From contig CALJLA010000068.1 of the NCBI GenBank assembly GCA_937983055.1, positions 784-64,783 on the forward strand: a stretch of 64,000 bases of DNA, given 5' to 3'. A model generated the notes under the pieces. It was not told the origin of the DNA, searched no databases, and saw only the letters and a program-made list of their open reading frames with translations. Positions 19,551-29,053 of the stretch are shown piece after piece. Position 1 is the first letter of the stretch, and every line of letters begins with the position of its first letter. A program made the position numbers and the translations under genes. This stretch comes from an uncultured Pseudomonadota bacterium. Its GTDB lineage: Bacteria > Pseudomonadota > Gammaproteobacteria > Burkholderiales > Eutrophovitaceae.

Positions 19551-19658
19551 TCCGCGGCGTCTGGGTTTACGTAGATCGTTCCCCGATATGCCTTGAAGGA
19601 TCCACAAGAACTAGTGGCAGAAACATCTCGCTGTGCGTCTTTGATCAATGCAGTCTTT

Positions 19659-19682
19659 GCGTTCGATCGACGATGCGAACGC
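19659..19682. terminator. candidate bidirectional hairpin between convergent cfa and the sensor kinase
   Basis: GCGTTCG-N10-CGAACGC, flanked by T-rich (TCTTT / TTATTG) sequence. Confidence 0.35.
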
Positions 19683-19693
19683 TTATTGCGGCT

Positions 19694-21130
19694 TTATTCG
19701 CTACTTAGGTCGGACACCGAATGCGCCGGTAGCGTAATCACGAACTGTGTACAGCCGTTGTCAGACACGACATCGATTCGCCCATCGTGCGCGTTGACGA
19801 TCGACTTGACGATGGCGAGCCCCAACCCGACACCTTCATCGCTTTGTTGACGGGACCGATCGATGCGATAGAAGCGATCGAACAATCTCGGCAAATGCTC
19901 CGCGGGTATCGTCGGACCTGGGTTGGCGATAGAAATGCGGGTTTCACCGGTCTCGGTCACATTGAGGTTGACGCGAATCGTGGCGCCCGGCGGCGAGTGA
20001 CGGATAGCGTTTGACAGCAGATTGCTCAAGGCCCGTCGTAGCATCCGACGGTCGCCGGTGGTTTTGGCGGTACCCGTTAAGTCCAACTTCACATCACACT
20101 CATCTGCCCAACCCTCGTAGAATTCGAACAAGTCGTGGAACTCGTTCGTCAGCTCAAACTCGGCAATGCTTCCTTCCTGCTGACGATTGTCCGATTGCGC
20201 GAGAAACAGCATATCGCCAACCATCTGCGCCATACGCTGATATTCTTCCATGTTCGAATAGAGTATTTCGCGGTACTCATCGGCTGTGCGGGCGCGGGAC
20301 AGACCCACCTCAGTTTGGGTCATCAGATTCGCTATGGGCGTACGCAGCTCATGAGCAATATCGGCATTGAAATCCGAGAGTCGGTGAAAGGCCTCATCCA
20401 CACGCTCCAGCATCTCATTAAAGGAGATGGCCAGTTCAGTGAGTTCGGCCGGCACGTCATCCGGCGACAGGCGAACGGCCAATTCATCCGCTCGGATATG
20501 GCGGATTTGCTCGACGATGCCATGCAGCGGAACATGCCCCTGGCGCACTGCAATCCAGCCCATCAGGCTCATGAGCGCAATGCTTCCCACGATCAGTAAC
20601 GATAGGTTGCGGCGGAAGCTCGCGAGAAACCGCACATGGTCATCGATTGGTACGGCAACCGCAAAAGCATACGGTCCGCTGGTAGTTTCCGCACGCTTGT
20701 ACACGGACTCGGTTAGCACGCGGTAGCTGCGATCGGCGTCGTTCCATGCGCGTACGCTGTTGGCTGCGGACCCATTGGGTACCGGACGAAGGACAGCGGA
20801 CAGGTCCGGGCCTTCGCTTGCGTAGAGGGCCTTCCCATCGGGTCCAGCGACATACAGCGAGGCGTCATGGTGCCCAACCAGGATATCGGCGAATCGCGGT
20901 TCGAGGAACGTAATGTCTTGCGGCGTACGGATTTCCAATAACGCTGCTTGAACGGCATCTGCAATGACCACGAGTTCGTCGCCGTCTTGCTCTTTGAAGT
21001 GATTTTCCGTCGACTGGACGATGACCCAACCGAAAGCCGAGAAGGCGATGGCCGCGGAGATGCTGAACAGCAGTGTCAGACGTAGAGCAAGCGATAACGG
21101 ACGGCGCACAGTGGGTTCAAGTCCCGTCAT
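19694..21130 (-). CDS. cusS: heavy-metal sensor histidine kinase (CusS/CopS family)
   Basis: Two N-terminal TM segments, a HAMP-like region, the H-box [13 protein letters not shown], and the N/G boxes [10 protein letters not shown] and [10 protein letters not shown]. Confidence 0.85.
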   Translation of the reverse strand: MTGLEPTVRRPLSLALRLTLLFSISAAIAFSAFGWVIVQSTENHFKEQDGDELVVIADAVQAALLEIRTPQDITFLEPRFADILVGHHDASLYVAGPDGKALYASEGPDLSAVLRPVPNGSAANSVRAWNDADRSYRVLTESVYKRAETTSGPYAFAVAVPIDDHVRFLASFRRNLSLLIVGSIALMSLMGWIAVRQGHVPLHGIVEQIRHIRADELAVRLSPDDVPAELTELAISFNEMLERVDEAFHRLSDFNADIAHELRTPIANLMTQTEVGLSRARTADEYREILYSNMEEYQRMAQMVGDMLFLAQSDNRQQEGSIAEFELTNEFHDLFEFYEGWADECDVKLDLTGTAKTTGDRRMLRRALSNLLSNAIRHSPPGATIRVNLNVTETGETRISIANPGPTIPAEHLPRLFDRFYRIDRSRQQSDEGVGLGLAIVKSIVNAHDGRIDVVSDNGCTQFVITLPAHSVSDLSSE

Positions 21131-21800
21131 TGGATTCGAGCATGTAGCCCATACCGCGCACCGTGTGGATCAACTTGCGCTCGAACGCATCGTCGATCTT
21201 GGCCCGCAACCGGCGAATCGCCACATCGATGACGTTCGTGTTGCTATCGAAGTTCATGTCCCAAACCTGGGAGGCGATCAGGGAGCGGGGCAGCACCTCG
21301 TTTTGATGGCGTATCAGCAATTCCAGCAGCGCAAACTCCTTGGCCGTGAGTGAGATGCGCTGCCCGGCCCGCGTCACCCGTCGACGCATCAGGTCGAGTT
21401 CAAGGTCGGCCACTATTAGACTCGTTTCGATCGCGGGAGCCGCCCCGCGCCGCAGCAGCGTCCGCACGCGCGCCAGCAACTCAGCGAAGGCAAACGGTTT
21501 GATGAGATAGTCGTCGGCACCCAATTCCAGTCCCTTGACGCGATCATCGACGCCGTCGCGGGCGGTAAGAAACAACACGGGAACCGTGTTTCCGGCATCG
21601 CGCATCGCTTCCAGTATTTTCCAACCGTCAATGCGCGGCAGCATCACGTCGAGGATCACTAAATCGTACGACTCGGTCATGGCCCGGTGATGGCCATCCA
21701 GGCCGTTGCGGGCGAGATCGACCATGAAACCGGCTTCGCTCAGGCCCTGGCGAAGATATTCACTGATTTTGGTCTCGTCTTCGACGATCAGTATTTTCAT
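21117..21800 (-). CDS. cusR: heavy-metal response regulator (CusR/CopR, OmpR family)
   Basis: MKILIVEDE receiver domain with [10 protein letters not shown], and a winged-helix C-terminus ending TVRGMGY. It overlaps the kinase gene by 14 nt. Confidence 0.9.
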   Translation of the reverse strand: MKILIVEDETKISEYLRQGLSEAGFMVDLARNGLDGHHRAMTESYDLVILDVMLPRIDGWKILEAMRDAGNTVPVLFLTARDGVDDRVKGLELGADDYLIKPFAFAELLARVRTLLRRGAAPAIETSLIVADLELDLMRRRVTRAGQRISLTAKEFALLELLIRHQNEVLPRSLIASQVWDMNFDSNTNVIDVAIRRLRAKIDDAFERKLIHTVRGMGYMLESNDGT

Positions 21801-21906
21801 ACACGGTGTGCCTATTGCGTGGTGCGTCAGGCGCGGCGAACTCCGCGTATCACCCCACTCCTTGACCCAGACTACTCCTCGCCGGCTGGCACCAACATGA
21901 CGCCAT

Positions 21907-21924
21907 CATTACGACATTGTAATG
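21907..21924. promoter_or_regulatory. palindrome CATTAC-N6-GTAATG, candidate CopR/CusR box
   Basis: CATTACGACATTGTAATG lies in the cusR / MerR-paralog intergenic region. It contains the TGTAAT half-site that I recall from cop/pco boxes. Confidence 0.35.
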
Positions 21925-22191
21925 GTTATGTCACGTTTGAGTCAGGGCTCGCTGGCTAGAGTGTGAACAGGCTAGCTGCCGGGCGGCGTGTTAGGCCGGC
22001 GAGTGATCCGGGGCGCACTCAATCCGCGGCATGGCGATTCCCTGGGCCATTGGTGCCGAAGAACTGGATCGGTTCGACGTGCTTCGCCCCCGGTGATCGG
22101 CCGGGCTCGTGGCCAGGCTGTGCATGTCACTGGGAGCGGCCGAAAAACAACGTGGCGTTCAAGTCTCAATCAAGAAACCGCGAGGGACAAC

Positions 22192-22746
22192 ATGCTTAAC
22201 CAATCAACCAAGCCTTTAGGCTCGTTACATGTGGGAGAATTGGCCCGCAAGGCCAACGTGACACCCGCCGCCGTTCGATATTATGCGCGTACCGGACTGA
22301 TTCATCCCGGCCGCGAACCCGACAATGGCTATCGGTGTTTCTCCGGAGGTGATGTTCGGCGGATCGCGTTCATTCGGCGGGCTCAAGCGCTCGGTCTCAC
22401 TATCGGCGACATCAAGGCCATTCTGGATGCTGCGGACCAGGGTGAGGTGCCCTGTGATGAGGTGAAGACAATGGTGGAGCGACGGCTTACGCGGGTCAGA
22501 GACCATATCGCCGAGCTTGAAGCGAAGGAAGCGCGTATCCGCCGTGCGATTTCAGCGTGGGAGACAATGGACGAGCCGACACCCGTCGATGGAGAACTGT
22601 GCCCGCTCATCGAACGTCTGGATCGGCATAACGGCGAAGCACGGATCCAAGCACGTCGGCAACAGTCAACCGCAAACGGCGCTGGTCATCGGGGCGCTGG
22701 TCATCGGGTACGCATCAGTGACAACGCCGCGGGTGCGTCGGCTTGA
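22192..22746 (+). CDS. MerR-family regulator, paralog 1 (PCDEV / CPLIER cysteines)
   Basis: HVGELARKANVTPAAVRYYARTGL HTH, a dimerisation helix, and one Cys each in PCDEV and ELCPLIERL. The start was set at the ATG at 22192. Confidence 0.8.
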   Translation: MLNQSTKPLGSLHVGELARKANVTPAAVRYYARTGLIHPGREPDNGYRCFSGGDVRRIAFIRRAQALGLTIGDIKAILDAADQGEVPCDEVKTMVERRLTRVRDHIAELEAKEARIRRAISAWETMDEPTPVDGELCPLIERLDRHNGEARIQARRQQSTANGAGHRGAGHRVRISDNAAGASA

Positions 22747-23006
22747 GGGAAGGCCAACGCGAGCGTGATCGTTGAGGCGACAAAGCCGGACTCAGAACGA
22801 CCGTAAATTGAACGGGTCAAATTTCGGCGGCATCCGATAGAGTTCGACCACAAGATCCTTTGTTTGAAGGAAGGGACGCCGCTGGGAAAAGTTGGAGGAT
22901 CAAACGCAACACGCGATACGTGAACCCGCCAGAGACCCGCGTGATCCCGTTGTGCCCACCGTTGGATCGCGATCGAATCGGGACCGACGCCGGACCAAGA
23001 GACCTT

Positions 23007-24761
23007 ATGGACGCGATCCAATCCACGTATTCGGAACTCAATCAATCTCCGGGCCTCGAGAACTACAACACGTTCTTGAGCGACAACGCGCTGCGCGCGG
23101 CTCTGCGGCGTGAGGGTGCCGGTTGGGCTACGGATGAACTGACCGTTTACGGCGCATTGACGGGGCGCGGCGAATTCATTCGCCTGGGATTTCAAGCGAA
23201 TGAATATCGACCGCGATTGAGCACCCATGACGCCAAGGCACGTCGCGTTGATCTGGTGGAATACCATCCCGCCTACCACGAACTCCTCGGTGGTGCGATC
23301 CGTCACGGGCTACATTCACGACCTTGGACTGAGCAACGAGCGGGCTCGCACGTGGCGCGCGCTGCGTTCAATTATTTGCAGACGCAGGTAGAGGCAGGCC
23401 ACGGCTGTCCGCTGACGATGACGTTTGCGGCAATGCCGACGCTCAGAAAACAGCCGAAACTGGCGGCGCTGTGGGAGCCGTTGGTGACGGCGCGTGAGTA
23501 CGATCCGCGCAATGTGCCGGTGAGCGAAAAACCGGGGGTCACCATTGGTATGGCCATGACGGAGAAGCAGGGCGGATCGGACGTGCGCGCGAACACAACG
23601 CAGGCAACGCCGCTTGCATCGGCGGGGCCGGGCGAGCGCTACGTGCTCCGGGGTCACAAGTATTTCGTTTCCGCGCCGATGAGTGATGCCTTTCTGGTGC
23701 TGGCGCAAGCACCGGGTGGACTATCTTGTTTCCTGCTGCCGCGTTGGCTGCCCGACGGCACCAAAAACGCCATCGAGCTGCAGCAACTCAAACGCAAAAT
23801 GGGCAACGTCTCCAACGCGTCGGCGGAAGTGGAGTTGCGGGATGCCCATGCTTGGTTGGTGGGCGATGAAGGGCGCGGTGTCGCGAATATCCTGGAGATG
23901 GTCGCGCTTACCCGGTTCGATTGCATGGTGGCCTCCGCAGCGGGTATGCGCCAGGCGGTGGCACAGGTGACGCATCATGCGGCGTATCGACAGACCTTTG
24001 GCAAGCGCCTGGATCAGCACCCATTGATGCAGAACGTTCTGGCGGATCTGGCCATGGAGTCGGAGGCCGCGCTGGCGTTGAGCTTTAGAACGGCGCGTGC
24101 ATTAGATCACTTGGCAGACGATAGCGAAGCCGCGCTGTTTCGGCTGTTGACGCCGATCGGTAAATACTGGGTTTGCAAACGAGCCCCGGCACATGCGTAT
24201 GAGGCCATGGAATGTCTGGGTGGTAGCGGCGCCATCGAAACGTCAATCCTGTCGCGGCTCTACCGGGAAGCCCCGATCAACGCGATTTGGGAGGGAAGCG
24301 GCAATATCCAGTGCCTGGATCTGTTTCGCGCCATTCAGCGTCAACCCGATGGATTGGACGCCGTGATCGAGGAGCTGAATGCGGCGGCGGGGATGAACGA
24401 CCTATACGATCGCCACCGCCGGCACCTGGGCACGCTACTGATGAGCGCCAGACAGCATAGCGATGCACCCAGGTCGGTCTATGAAGGACGTCAGCTGATG
24501 CAGTCACTGGCACTCGGCTTACAGGCAAGCCTGCTGTTGCGCGGCGACAACGCCGCGGTGGCCGAGGCTTTCTGCCAGGGGCGTTTGTCCTCAGGTGCCT
24601 CGGGATTGTTCGGTGCGTTGCCGCAGGGCGTGCCGAGTGCGGCGATTATCGAGCGTGCCCGGCCGCTGCTGTCCGCCAAACAAGAGCCGTCGGCGGTGGC
24701 GGTCGAGCCCGACACGCCGCCGCCTCACGGAGTCGCAGGACGCTGCGGGAACCGGGACTGA
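23007..24761 (+). CDS. AidB-like acyl-CoA dehydrogenase family protein
   Basis: The N-terminus NQSPGLENYNTFLSDNALR and MTEKQGGSDV are typical of AidB-type ACADs. A C-terminal extension of about 40 aa is present. Confidence 0.8.
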   Translation: MDAIQSTYSELNQSPGLENYNTFLSDNALRAALRREGAGWATDELTVYGALTGRGEFIRLGFQANEYRPRLSTHDAKARRVDLVEYHPAYHELLGGAIRHGLHSRPWTEQRAGSHVARAAFNYLQTQVEAGHGCPLTMTFAAMPTLRKQPKLAALWEPLVTAREYDPRNVPVSEKPGVTIGMAMTEKQGGSDVRANTTQATPLASAGPGERYVLRGHKYFVSAPMSDAFLVLAQAPGGLSCFLLPRWLPDGTKNAIELQQLKRKMGNVSNASAEVELRDAHAWLVGDEGRGVANILEMVALTRFDCMVASAAGMRQAVAQVTHHAAYRQTFGKRLDQHPLMQNVLADLAMESEAALALSFRTARALDHLADDSEAALFRLLTPIGKYWVCKRAPAHAYEAMECLGGSGAIETSILSRLYREAPINAIWEGSGNIQCLDLFRAIQRQPDGLDAVIEELNAAAGMNDLYDRHRRHLGTLLMSARQHSDAPRSVYEGRQLMQSLALGLQASLLLRGDNAAVAEAFCQGRLSSGASGLFGALPQGVPSAAIIERARPLLSAKQEPSAVAVEPDTPPPHGVAGRCGNRD

Positions 24762-24780
24762 ATTGCCTCAGCGATTGGCC

Positions 24781-24812
24781 TTGACCTGGCAGTAGGGTAC
24801 AGCTTGCACAAT
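24781..24812 (+). promoter_or_regulatory. MerR-type promoter (TTGACC-N20-CACAAT)
   Basis: TTGACCTGGCAGTAGGGTACAGCTTGCACAAT shares the GGGTACAG core with the 3.9-kb, 28.7-kb and 37.1-kb sites. It lies 73 bp upstream of hflK. Confidence 0.5.
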
Positions 24813-24884
24813 AGCCATTACGGTTGGCGCTCGGATGCCATCGAGCGCCGAGCCATCATTGCAAGATTTTTTGAGAGTCACGAC

Positions 24885-25871
24885 ATGGCCACGCAGCGCG
24901 GCGCGCCCGACCTGAGTCAGATACCCCTACCACGCGGGATCGTCCCGCTGGCGATCGCCGGCGCACTGGTAGTGTGGCTGCTGTATTCAGCCCTGTTTAC
25001 CGTGCCGGCCGAATCCGTGGGTGTGATTCAGCGCTTTGGGCACTACCACAGTGAGGTTGAGCCCGGCTTGCACATCAAGTGGCCATTCGGCATTGACCGG
25101 GTCACTTTGGTGCCCGTGAAACGGCAGCTGAAAGAGGAGTTCGGCTTCAGTACGCCGGGCGCCACATTTGGCGATCAGGCGTCCGCACCCAACCAGTGGG
25201 TACTCGAGACCACCATGGTCACCGGTGACCTCAACACCGCTTTGGTCGAGTGGATCATTCAATTTCGTATCGAGGTGCCATTCGATTTTCTGTTCAATGT
25301 TCGCGATCCGGGTGACACGCTCCGCGATGTGTCCGAATCAGTGATGCGCGAAGTCATCGGCGACCGAACGGTCGATGAAGTGCTCACGATTGGGCGCCAG
25401 GACATCGAATCCACCGCCCAAGTCAAGCTCCAGGACGTGGTAAACAAGTACGAAATGGGGCTTCGGATCGACCAGATTCAGCTGAAGAACGTCAATCCTC
25501 CGGAGCCCGTGCAGGAATCATTCGACCGGGTGAACGAAGCGCAGCAAGAACGTGAGCGGATGATCAACGATGCACGCGGTGAATACAACAAAGCGGTGCC
25601 GCGCGCACGCGGTGAAGCCGATCAGGGCATTCAGGCGGCGGAGGGCTATGCCATCCAGCGAGTGAACAAAGCCGAGGGCGACGTGCAACGATTCAACGCG
25701 TTGCTGGCCGAGTACCTCAAAGCCCCCGAGGTCACCAAACGACGGCTGTACCTGGAGACCCTGAATGAGGTGCTACCACGGGTGGACGCCAAGGTCATCG
25801 TTGATGAATCGGCGTCCTCGGTCTTGCCGCTGTTGCAGTTGGACACCGCGAAGTCGAGGGTCGAGCAATGA
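24885..25871 (+). CDS. hflK: FtsH protease modulator HflK (band-7/SPFH)
   Basis: An N-terminal TM segment followed by an SPFH domain (VGVIQRFGHYHSEVEPGLHIKWPFGID). ATGA overlap with hflC. Confidence 0.85.
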   Translation: MATQRGAPDLSQIPLPRGIVPLAIAGALVVWLLYSALFTVPAESVGVIQRFGHYHSEVEPGLHIKWPFGIDRVTLVPVKRQLKEEFGFSTPGATFGDQASAPNQWVLETTMVTGDLNTALVEWIIQFRIEVPFDFLFNVRDPGDTLRDVSESVMREVIGDRTVDEVLTIGRQDIESTAQVKLQDVVNKYEMGLRIDQIQLKNVNPPEPVQESFDRVNEAQQERERMINDARGEYNKAVPRARGEADQGIQAAEGYAIQRVNKAEGDVQRFNALLAEYLKAPEVTKRRLYLETLNEVLPRVDAKVIVDESASSVLPLLQLDTAKSRVEQ

Positions 25872-26830
25872 AAAGTCTGAACATGGCGTCCGCGGTGATC
25901 CTGGTGTTGCTGGTGCTGGCCGGCATCGTGGCGAGCCAGGCGCTCTACACCGTGGATGAAACAGAACGCGTCATCATTACTCAATTTGGTCGACCCGTCG
26001 GCGACGTTATCGATGAGGCCGGCTTGAAAATGAAGGTGCCGTTTATCCAAACCGTAAATCGAATCGAGAAACGTATTCTCGTTTGGGACGGCTCGGCCAA
26101 CGACATGCCCACCAAAGACAAACTCTACATCACGGTGGACACCTTCGGTCGGTGGCGTATCAAAGACTCCTTGCAGTACTTTTTGCGCCTGCGCGATGAG
26201 CGCAGTGCGCAATCACGCCTCGAAGATATTCTCGGTAGCGAAACCCGCAATGCCGTCGCGAAACACGAACTCATCGAGATTGTGCGTACCAGCAAAGACC
26301 GATCGCCCGAAGTTGACCCGATGCTGGCTGACGTGGATATCAGTACGCTGCTGCCGATCACCAAAGGCAGACAGAGTATCGAAGCAGACATCTTTGATGC
26401 GGCGTCCGGTAAGTTGGCCGAATTTGGCATCGAGCTGCTGGACATCCGCTTCAAGCGGATCAATTACAACGAGAGTGTGCGGCAGAAGATTTACGCGCGC
26501 ATGATCAGTGAACGCGATCAAATCGCTGAGCGGTTTCGATCGGAAGGCGCTGGTGAGGCCGCCCGCATCAACGGAGACAAAGAGCGTGATTTGCAGAAAA
26601 TCACCTCCGAGGCCTATCGCAAAATTCAAACAATACAAGGCCAAGCGGATGCCAAAGCCACCGATATTTATGCGCGTAGCTACAATCAGTCACCAGCGGC
26701 TGCCGACCTGTATGAATTTGTGAAGACTCTGGAAACGTATCAATCGGTGATCGACTCGAACACCACGCTGGTATTGTCAACCGACAGTGACCTGATGCGA
26801 CTCGTCAAGACGATGGGGGCGGCAGAGTGA
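25868..26830 (+). CDS. hflC: FtsH protease modulator HflC (band-7/SPFH)
   Basis: SPFH domain (LYTVDETERVIITQFGRPV). Translationally coupled to hflK. Confidence 0.85.
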   Translation: MKSLNMASAVILVLLVLAGIVASQALYTVDETERVIITQFGRPVGDVIDEAGLKMKVPFIQTVNRIEKRILVWDGSANDMPTKDKLYITVDTFGRWRIKDSLQYFLRLRDERSAQSRLEDILGSETRNAVAKHELIEIVRTSKDRSPEVDPMLADVDISTLLPITKGRQSIEADIFDAASGKLAEFGIELLDIRFKRINYNESVRQKIYARMISERDQIAERFRSEGAGEAARINGDKERDLQKITSEAYRKIQTIQGQADAKATDIYARSYNQSPAAADLYEFVKTLETYQSVIDSNTTLVLSTDSDLMRLVKTMGAAE

Positions 26831-26953
26831 CCGGTACGGCGTTGCCCGTGACCGTCAGAATCGGTCACTGCAGTCGTTTAACGACGCTAAACGAGCGATA
26901 GAGGCAGCGTGCAGCCCGCATGCCGTTGCTGCCCCTGACGTTACTGCGTGGCG

Positions 26954-27430
26954 CTAAATATCGCGGATTCGGTTGCTCTGTTGGGCCAGCCGGATGGTTT
27001 CGTGTTGCTCCATCTCCAGTAACGATTCGATCAAGTCCCGTGCCTCCGGTATCTCGGCTCTGCCCAACAGGTAACGATACAGCTCCGTTACCTGGTTGTG
27101 CAGATCAAATACCGATTGGTATATCTCCTCGAAGGTCATGCTCGCATAGGGCGCGTCACACGCCCGATGGGGGTCAATCGGTTCATGCTTGAGATAATCG
27201 TACACCCACGTATTTAACGCCTTTGGGTCGGCGCGCTTCTCGAAGCCTTCGACGATTTTTTCCAAATTCGATTCGTGTTCGGCCAGATAAGTCAGAAGCC
27301 ACTGAGCCTGAAGCCGCTCGGCGTGTGTCGAGCAGTGCGACAGACACTCGGCCAGGCGATGGTGAAGCGCTCGAGTCCAATCGATAAGATCCGCAAAGGT
27401 TGTCACTTTCATCGTACGCAGTTTCTCCAC
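26954..27430 (-). CDS. hypothetical helical cytoplasmic protein
   Basis: 158-aa ORF with no recognised family. It is preceded by a long-spacer promoter-like element. Confidence 0.5.
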   Translation of the reverse strand: MEKLRTMKVTTFADLIDWTRALHHRLAECLSHCSTHAERLQAQWLLTYLAEHESNLEKIVEGFEKRADPKALNTWVYDYLKHEPIDPHRACDAPYASMTFEEIYQSVFDLHNQVTELYRYLLGRAEIPEARDLIESLLEMEQHETIRLAQQSNRIRDI

Positions 27431-27445
27431 ACAGGTTGCGGCGTA

Positions 27446-27476
27446 AGTCTAGCGGTGTATCCAAGGTACAGGTCAA
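27446..27476 (-). promoter_or_regulatory. candidate MerR-type promoter (TTGACC-N19-TAGACT)
   Basis: The reverse complement reads TTGACCTGTACCTTGGATACACCGCTAGACT, located 16 bp upstream of the ORF start at 27430. Confidence 0.35.
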
Positions 27477-27649
27477 CGTGTTCTGCGCGTCGCCGCGGGA
27501 TTTCCGATTGGAGTGCGGCGAAAACCGCCGATTCTCGCGGTATCCCACGGGTGCCTACGCAGTATTACGTATGGAACGTGTTGTCACGGTTGAGATACTG
27601 ACCGTGCAGTAGTGGGTTATCCACGACCACCAACGGAACGGCACGCCAC

Positions 27650-28045
27650 ATGACCCTATTGGCCAGCATCAGACACCAGCATCGCTCGGCGGCCGTGCTC
27701 AGCGTGATGGTGCTGGCGTGGTTCGGAATCCTCGTCACGCCCTGTGCGACAACCTTCGCTGCGGTTGCACCGCCGGCGGAATTGGCGGCTGCCCCGCACG
27801 ATGACTGCCCGAATGCCGACGCGCAGGCGCCAATGTCCGAGGCGGATTGCTGTTGCGATCTGGGCGCCGTTCTGACAGCTCGAAAGCCAGAACTGCCCAA
27901 GCTCGACCTGAATTTGGCCCTACCGGTCGCACCTGATGTGCTGAGACCGGTGGTGTTGGTTGACGGCGCGCCTCCACTACCGACGACACTGCGACACAGA
28001 GCCGCACCGCCAGTCTATCTCTTGACGGAACGCCTGCGCATTTAG
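27650..28045 (+). CDS. exported Cys-rich protein (DUF2946/CopL-like), paralog A
   Basis: Signal-like N-terminus with DDCPNADAQAPMSEADCCCD. It resembles 45704-46129 in architecture. Confidence 0.5.
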   Translation: MTLLASIRHQHRSAAVLSVMVLAWFGILVTPCATTFAAVAPPAELAAAPHDDCPNADAQAPMSEADCCCDLGAVLTARKPELPKLDLNLALPVAPDVLRPVVLVDGAPPLPTTLRHRAAPPVYLLTERLRI

Positions 28046-28139
28046 GCCACCTTCAGTGCAACCACTGCCGCCACAGGGCGGATGAGAGTGACAGGGCTTA
28101 GACCTGCCGTTCAGCTACCCATTGAAGGAGTCCCAAATC

Positions 28140-28694
28140 ATGTCAACCCAATCCTTGTCGGCACCACCGTACGGCGCATTGCACGTTGCCGACGTTGCCA
28201 AACGCGCCAATGTAACCCCCGCGACCGTTCGCTATTACGCGCGGTCCAAGTTGTTAAGTCCAAGACGTGACCCGGAAAATGGCTATCGTTGTTTTTCATT
28301 GGCCGACGTACATCGCGTCGAGTTTATCCGCCAGGCGCAAGCGCTCGGACTTACGATTGGTGACATCAAGGGCATCCTCGAAACCGTGGATCGGGGTGCG
28401 ACGCCGTGTGACGAGGTCAAGTCGCTCGTCAAGCGGCGGCTTGAGCGCGTACAAACGCAGATCGCTGAATTGCAAGCAACGGAAGCCCGTATGACCAAGG
28501 CAGTCAGGCTGTGGCGGACCATGGACGAGCCGGTGCCGCAGGACGGGGAATACTGCCCCCTGATTGAGCGGGTCGAGGTCGAGATCTGCGGCAGTCCGGA
28601 TAGCGCCCGGCGTCAGACGCGCCGAAACCCACAACCAACCCCCTGTCATTGTCCACAGCCCAGCGAGGCGAGTCGACAGGCCTTGTCTGACTAG
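28140..28694 (+). CDS. MerR-family regulator, paralog 2
   Basis: HVADVAKRANVTPATVRYYARSKL HTH, with PCDEV, YCPLIERV and a Cys-containing tail (ICGSP, PCHCP). An AAGGAG RBS precedes the ATG at 28140. Confidence 0.8.
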   Translation: MSTQSLSAPPYGALHVADVAKRANVTPATVRYYARSKLLSPRRDPENGYRCFSLADVHRVEFIRQAQALGLTIGDIKGILETVDRGATPCDEVKSLVKRRLERVQTQIAELQATEARMTKAVRLWRTMDEPVPQDGEYCPLIERVEVEICGSPDSARRQTRRNPQPTPCHCPQPSEASRQALSD

Positions 28695-28699
28695 CACCC

Positions 28700-28734
28700 G
28701 CAAGCTCTGCTGGCGCTGATCAGCATGAGCTTGC
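28700..28734 (+). terminator. hairpin after MerR paralog 2
   Basis: GCAAGCTCTGCTG-gcgctgat-CAGCAtGAGCTTGC (13-bp interrupted stem). No T-tract follows. Confidence 0.35.
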
Positions 28735-28759
28735 CCATCGCCGCCGTGTCCGCCGAATC

Positions 28760-28791
28760 TTGACCTTGATGTTGGGTACAGGTTGCAGACT
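28760..28791 (+). promoter_or_regulatory. MerR-type promoter (TTGACC-N20-CAGACT) upstream of copAB
   Basis: TTGACCTTGATGTTGGGTACAGGTTGCAGACT matches the 37086 site at 29 of 32 positions. Confidence 0.55.
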
Positions 28792-29053
28792 GACGGCACG
28801 GTGATCTGCTAGGCCCACACGACTCAGGGATTCGACGTGACGGTGGAGTTCCCCCGCCACGGGTACGGTACGTCTATCGGAAAACCAATACGGGTCGGCG
28901 TATCCGTTGGTTTTTCGCAGCCGTCCTGAGGCGCCGGCGCAGCTGCGGACCGCGTCGGCGCGGCATGTATTGCGTCCGGATTCACTAATCTTACGGACCA
29001 CACCCCACCACGCCTTGCTGTTGATCTTGACGACACGACGAAAAAGGAGACTC

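Noticed and set aside
28090-28139. A GACCTG half-site (TTAGACCTGCCGTTCAGCTACCC) upstream of MerR paralog 2 as an autoregulatory operator.
   Set aside because: Only one half-site is present, there is no CAGGTY partner at N11, and no acceptable -35/-10 pair with a 19-20 bp spacer.
28907-29053. The upstream ATG at 28907 as the true start of the CopA multicopper oxidase.
   Set aside because: The extra 49 residues are Arg/Pro-rich and precede the twin-arginine signal, which must be N-terminal. The ATG at 29054 has an AAGGAGA RBS.
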